DNA of 24,643 nucleotides from Chthonomonadales bacterium (GTDB lineage Bacteria; Armatimonadota; Chthonomonadetes; Chthonomonadales; Chthonomonadaceae): NCBI GenBank assembly GCA_038217285.1, contig JBBQPO010000058.1, positions 1 to 24,643 of the forward strand, read 5' to 3'. Shown piece by piece: positions 22,456 to 24,643 of this stretch (position 1 is its first letter; each line of letters starts with the position of its first letter). The notes under the pieces were generated by a model. It saw only the letters and a program-made list of their open reading frames with translations, ran no database searches and was not told where the DNA came from. The position numbers and the translations under genes were made by a program.

Positions 22456-24503
22456 TTAGGGTCCGTACGGCGTGGGATGAGTAATAATCTCATTCGGCAC
22501 GTCTATGAGCAGTAAAGCGACGACGCGCTGGCCGTCATAAGCTACCCACGCCTTTAGCCATCCACTTCCGGGGCCATCAACTTCAGCCATTAAGTGTCGC
22601 CAAATTTGGGGTTTCTGCTCGAGGTCGATTAAAAGTTGGTACAACTTCGAGCCTCCGAGAACTGTACCGCCTTTTGAAGCCCACTGGAGGTTTCGGAGAG
22701 TGTAACCCATTCGCTGTGCAAGCCATAGCATAAAGCGAGCGGGTGTCATGTTGGATATCCCTTCGATCGATGCCGTGCCGCCCCCAGAAAAGGATATTTC
22801 CGCTAACGTTTCGCGACCACTGGGATCAACGAAATTTATAGGATTGGACTCGCAGTACAAGAACCAATTGCTGCCGTCGCGAGATAGGTCCTCGCTGCCA
22901 AAACGGCCGGTCGCTGGATCATAATACCGCGCCCGCATGTAGATCAATCCAGTATTGTCTTCGCTCGGATGCCCTAGCTGCCCGACGAACTTGTGGTTGC
23001 TCGTGCCTGCCGGATTGGTGCCTCCTCTGACAAGGCCGTAAACATCGTACTTCCGGCTGCTCGTTATCGTGCCGTTGGGATCGACTTCCCCAAGAACGCT
23101 GCCAAGCCCATCGTAGACATACCAGCGTACCTGACCGCTCGCCTCGTCCCGCCGATACTCCGGTCCTCTGGCTCCGACCAGATAGGTCGCAATGCTTGCG
23201 CCGGTCGCATGATTGCACTCCCGCACCAACATGCTGTTGTCGAGGACGAAGTCCGTGGCCGTTCCATTAACCGTGCTTTGACGGCGAATTCCGTCTGCGC
23301 CGTACACGAAACTGCTGGTGTTGGTGCCATTAACGCATCGCGCAAGCCGGTTCTGACTGTCCCAGGTGTTGGTCCGACCGCCGCCCGTCAGCGTATTGCC
23401 ATCGATGTCATTCGTATAGCTGGCCGTTCCCCTGTTCAAGAGCATGTTGGCCGCGTTGTAAGAGTAATTCTCAGTACCTGCTACGGAGTCCTGCTTGCTG
23501 AGGCGGTTGCCCATTGCGTCGAAAGCATAACTCTGCGTCTGGCCGTCGCCGTAATCTATGGTTTTCAAACGGTTCAGTTCGTCATAGCTGTATTGTTCCG
23601 TGCGACTGGCACCGCTGGAAGTAATCTGATTGGTCAGACGCTGGCCTGAGTTATCGAAGGAGTAAGCGTTCTGAACGAGCATACTCTGCTGCCACACACC
23701 TTGCCCATTCTTGAAGTTCCAGGTGTTGGCGAGAGATGTCAGTCCTGCGGAAGGATTGTTGCCTGTGCTGTTATCGTAGTTGTAGGCCGCCTGCATGTAT
23801 GTAACAAGGTTCAGGCTGGCGTCGAAGACCTGATTGCTTCGCACGATATACGGTCGCCCGCTCTCATCCATCCAGTAATCGACTGCTCTTCCCTGATCGT
23901 CAGTAATACGGGATAGCAGTCTCGCAACGCTATTGGGATCATCCTTGCCCAGCATGTTGAATGTTGAGTTGTAACTGTATGTCCAGACACCTCCGCTGGG
24001 CAGCGTCATCATCGTACGCTCGCCTGCTGGTCCATATGTGTATGACATAGTACCAGTGACAGGGTCGGCAACACTGGCAACGCGGTCGTTTCCCGCCTCA
24101 TACGCCATCGAGGTCGTTCCTCGGTTGTCGCTGACGGTCTGAGTCCTGCCATTGGCACCATAGCTATAGGAGATCGTCTCGGCGGGCGTATTGGCGGTGG
24201 CAGGCGAAGAGACGGTTGTCGGCTGGCCGAGCGAGGAATACGAGCATGTGGAAATCTGGCCCTTCGGATCGGAGGACTGCAACACGCGCCCGGAGGCATC
24301 GTAAACCATGCTCGTCGTTCTTGCCAAATGACTGTCGCCGTTGGTGACGTGCGGATCCTGCACCATCTGCGTCAGATTGCCCCATTGGTCGCCATAGGAA
24401 TACTGAGTGACGACGCCGTTGAGATTGGTCTCGCTCGCCTTTTGACCGTTGGCATTGTACTGATAGGCGAACTGCTTGTTGTAGCTCGGCGACGTGCTCA
24501 CGC
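22456..24503 (-). pseudogene. Rhs/YD-repeat polymorphic toxin, C-terminal part, interrupted by an IS21-family element
   Basis: YD repeats, YMRARYYDPATGRFGSED, NPINFVDPSGR, then a 118-aa tip (22812-22456). The first 24 codons of the ORF-track protein lie inside the IS end. Confidence 0.88.
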
Positions 24504-24643
24504 TGTCAAACGCCGTGTAAAAGTGAGCCATTTTACGCCGTAAAGAATTGAGCCACCCTCGCCCGGTAATCAACACTCAGGGCCGTTCTTCCGCCATGCT
24601 ATTGGCTGGAGGAAGCCCACATGATTACCTCGGAGAAGTGGAT
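24504..24643 (+). mobile_element. IS21-family insertion sequence, left end
   Basis: Begins TGTCAA, then two 21-bp subterminal repeats ACGCCGTGTAAAAGTGAGCCA (24510-24530) and ACGCCGTAAAGAATTGAGCCA (24535-24555), characteristic of IS21 ends. Confidence 0.88.
24621..24643 (+). CDS. istA: IS21-family transposase IstA, first codons (truncated by window edge)
   Basis: GGAGG RBS at 24608-24612, then ATG ATT ACC TCG GAG AAG TGG AT (MITSEKW), resembling IstA N-termini. Only 7 codons are visible. Confidence 0.68.

Overview
Bacterial, GC-rich window cut at both edges by insertion sequences: an IS3-family left end at 1-141 and an IS21-family left end with the istA start at 24504-24643. Core-type content, left to right: an isolated nuoB-nuoI pair followed by a DinG/YoaA Fe-S helicase; a cytoplasmic GAF/5xPAS HisKA_3 kinase with a NarL-type regulator and a receiver-only paralog; a DUF1549/DUF1553 + DUF1501 pair; a REPIN/MITE-like palindromic element; a haemolysin-III/TrhA gene; and an ileS-dksA-lspA-lgt-peptidase C26 operon. 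The ileS gene is preceded by an unannotated Ile-rich leader peptide and terminator, i.e. a likely ribosome-mediated attenuator rather than a T-box. The right ~5.3 kb is a more AT-rich Rhs polymorphic-toxin locus: an IS21-interrupted rhs with an unrecognised toxin tip, a candidate immunity gene, an orphan rhs with a hydrophobic tip plus a membrane-anchored ankyrin partner, and a pseudogenised rhs N-terminal fragment. All family assignments come from motif recognition by eye; no searches were run.
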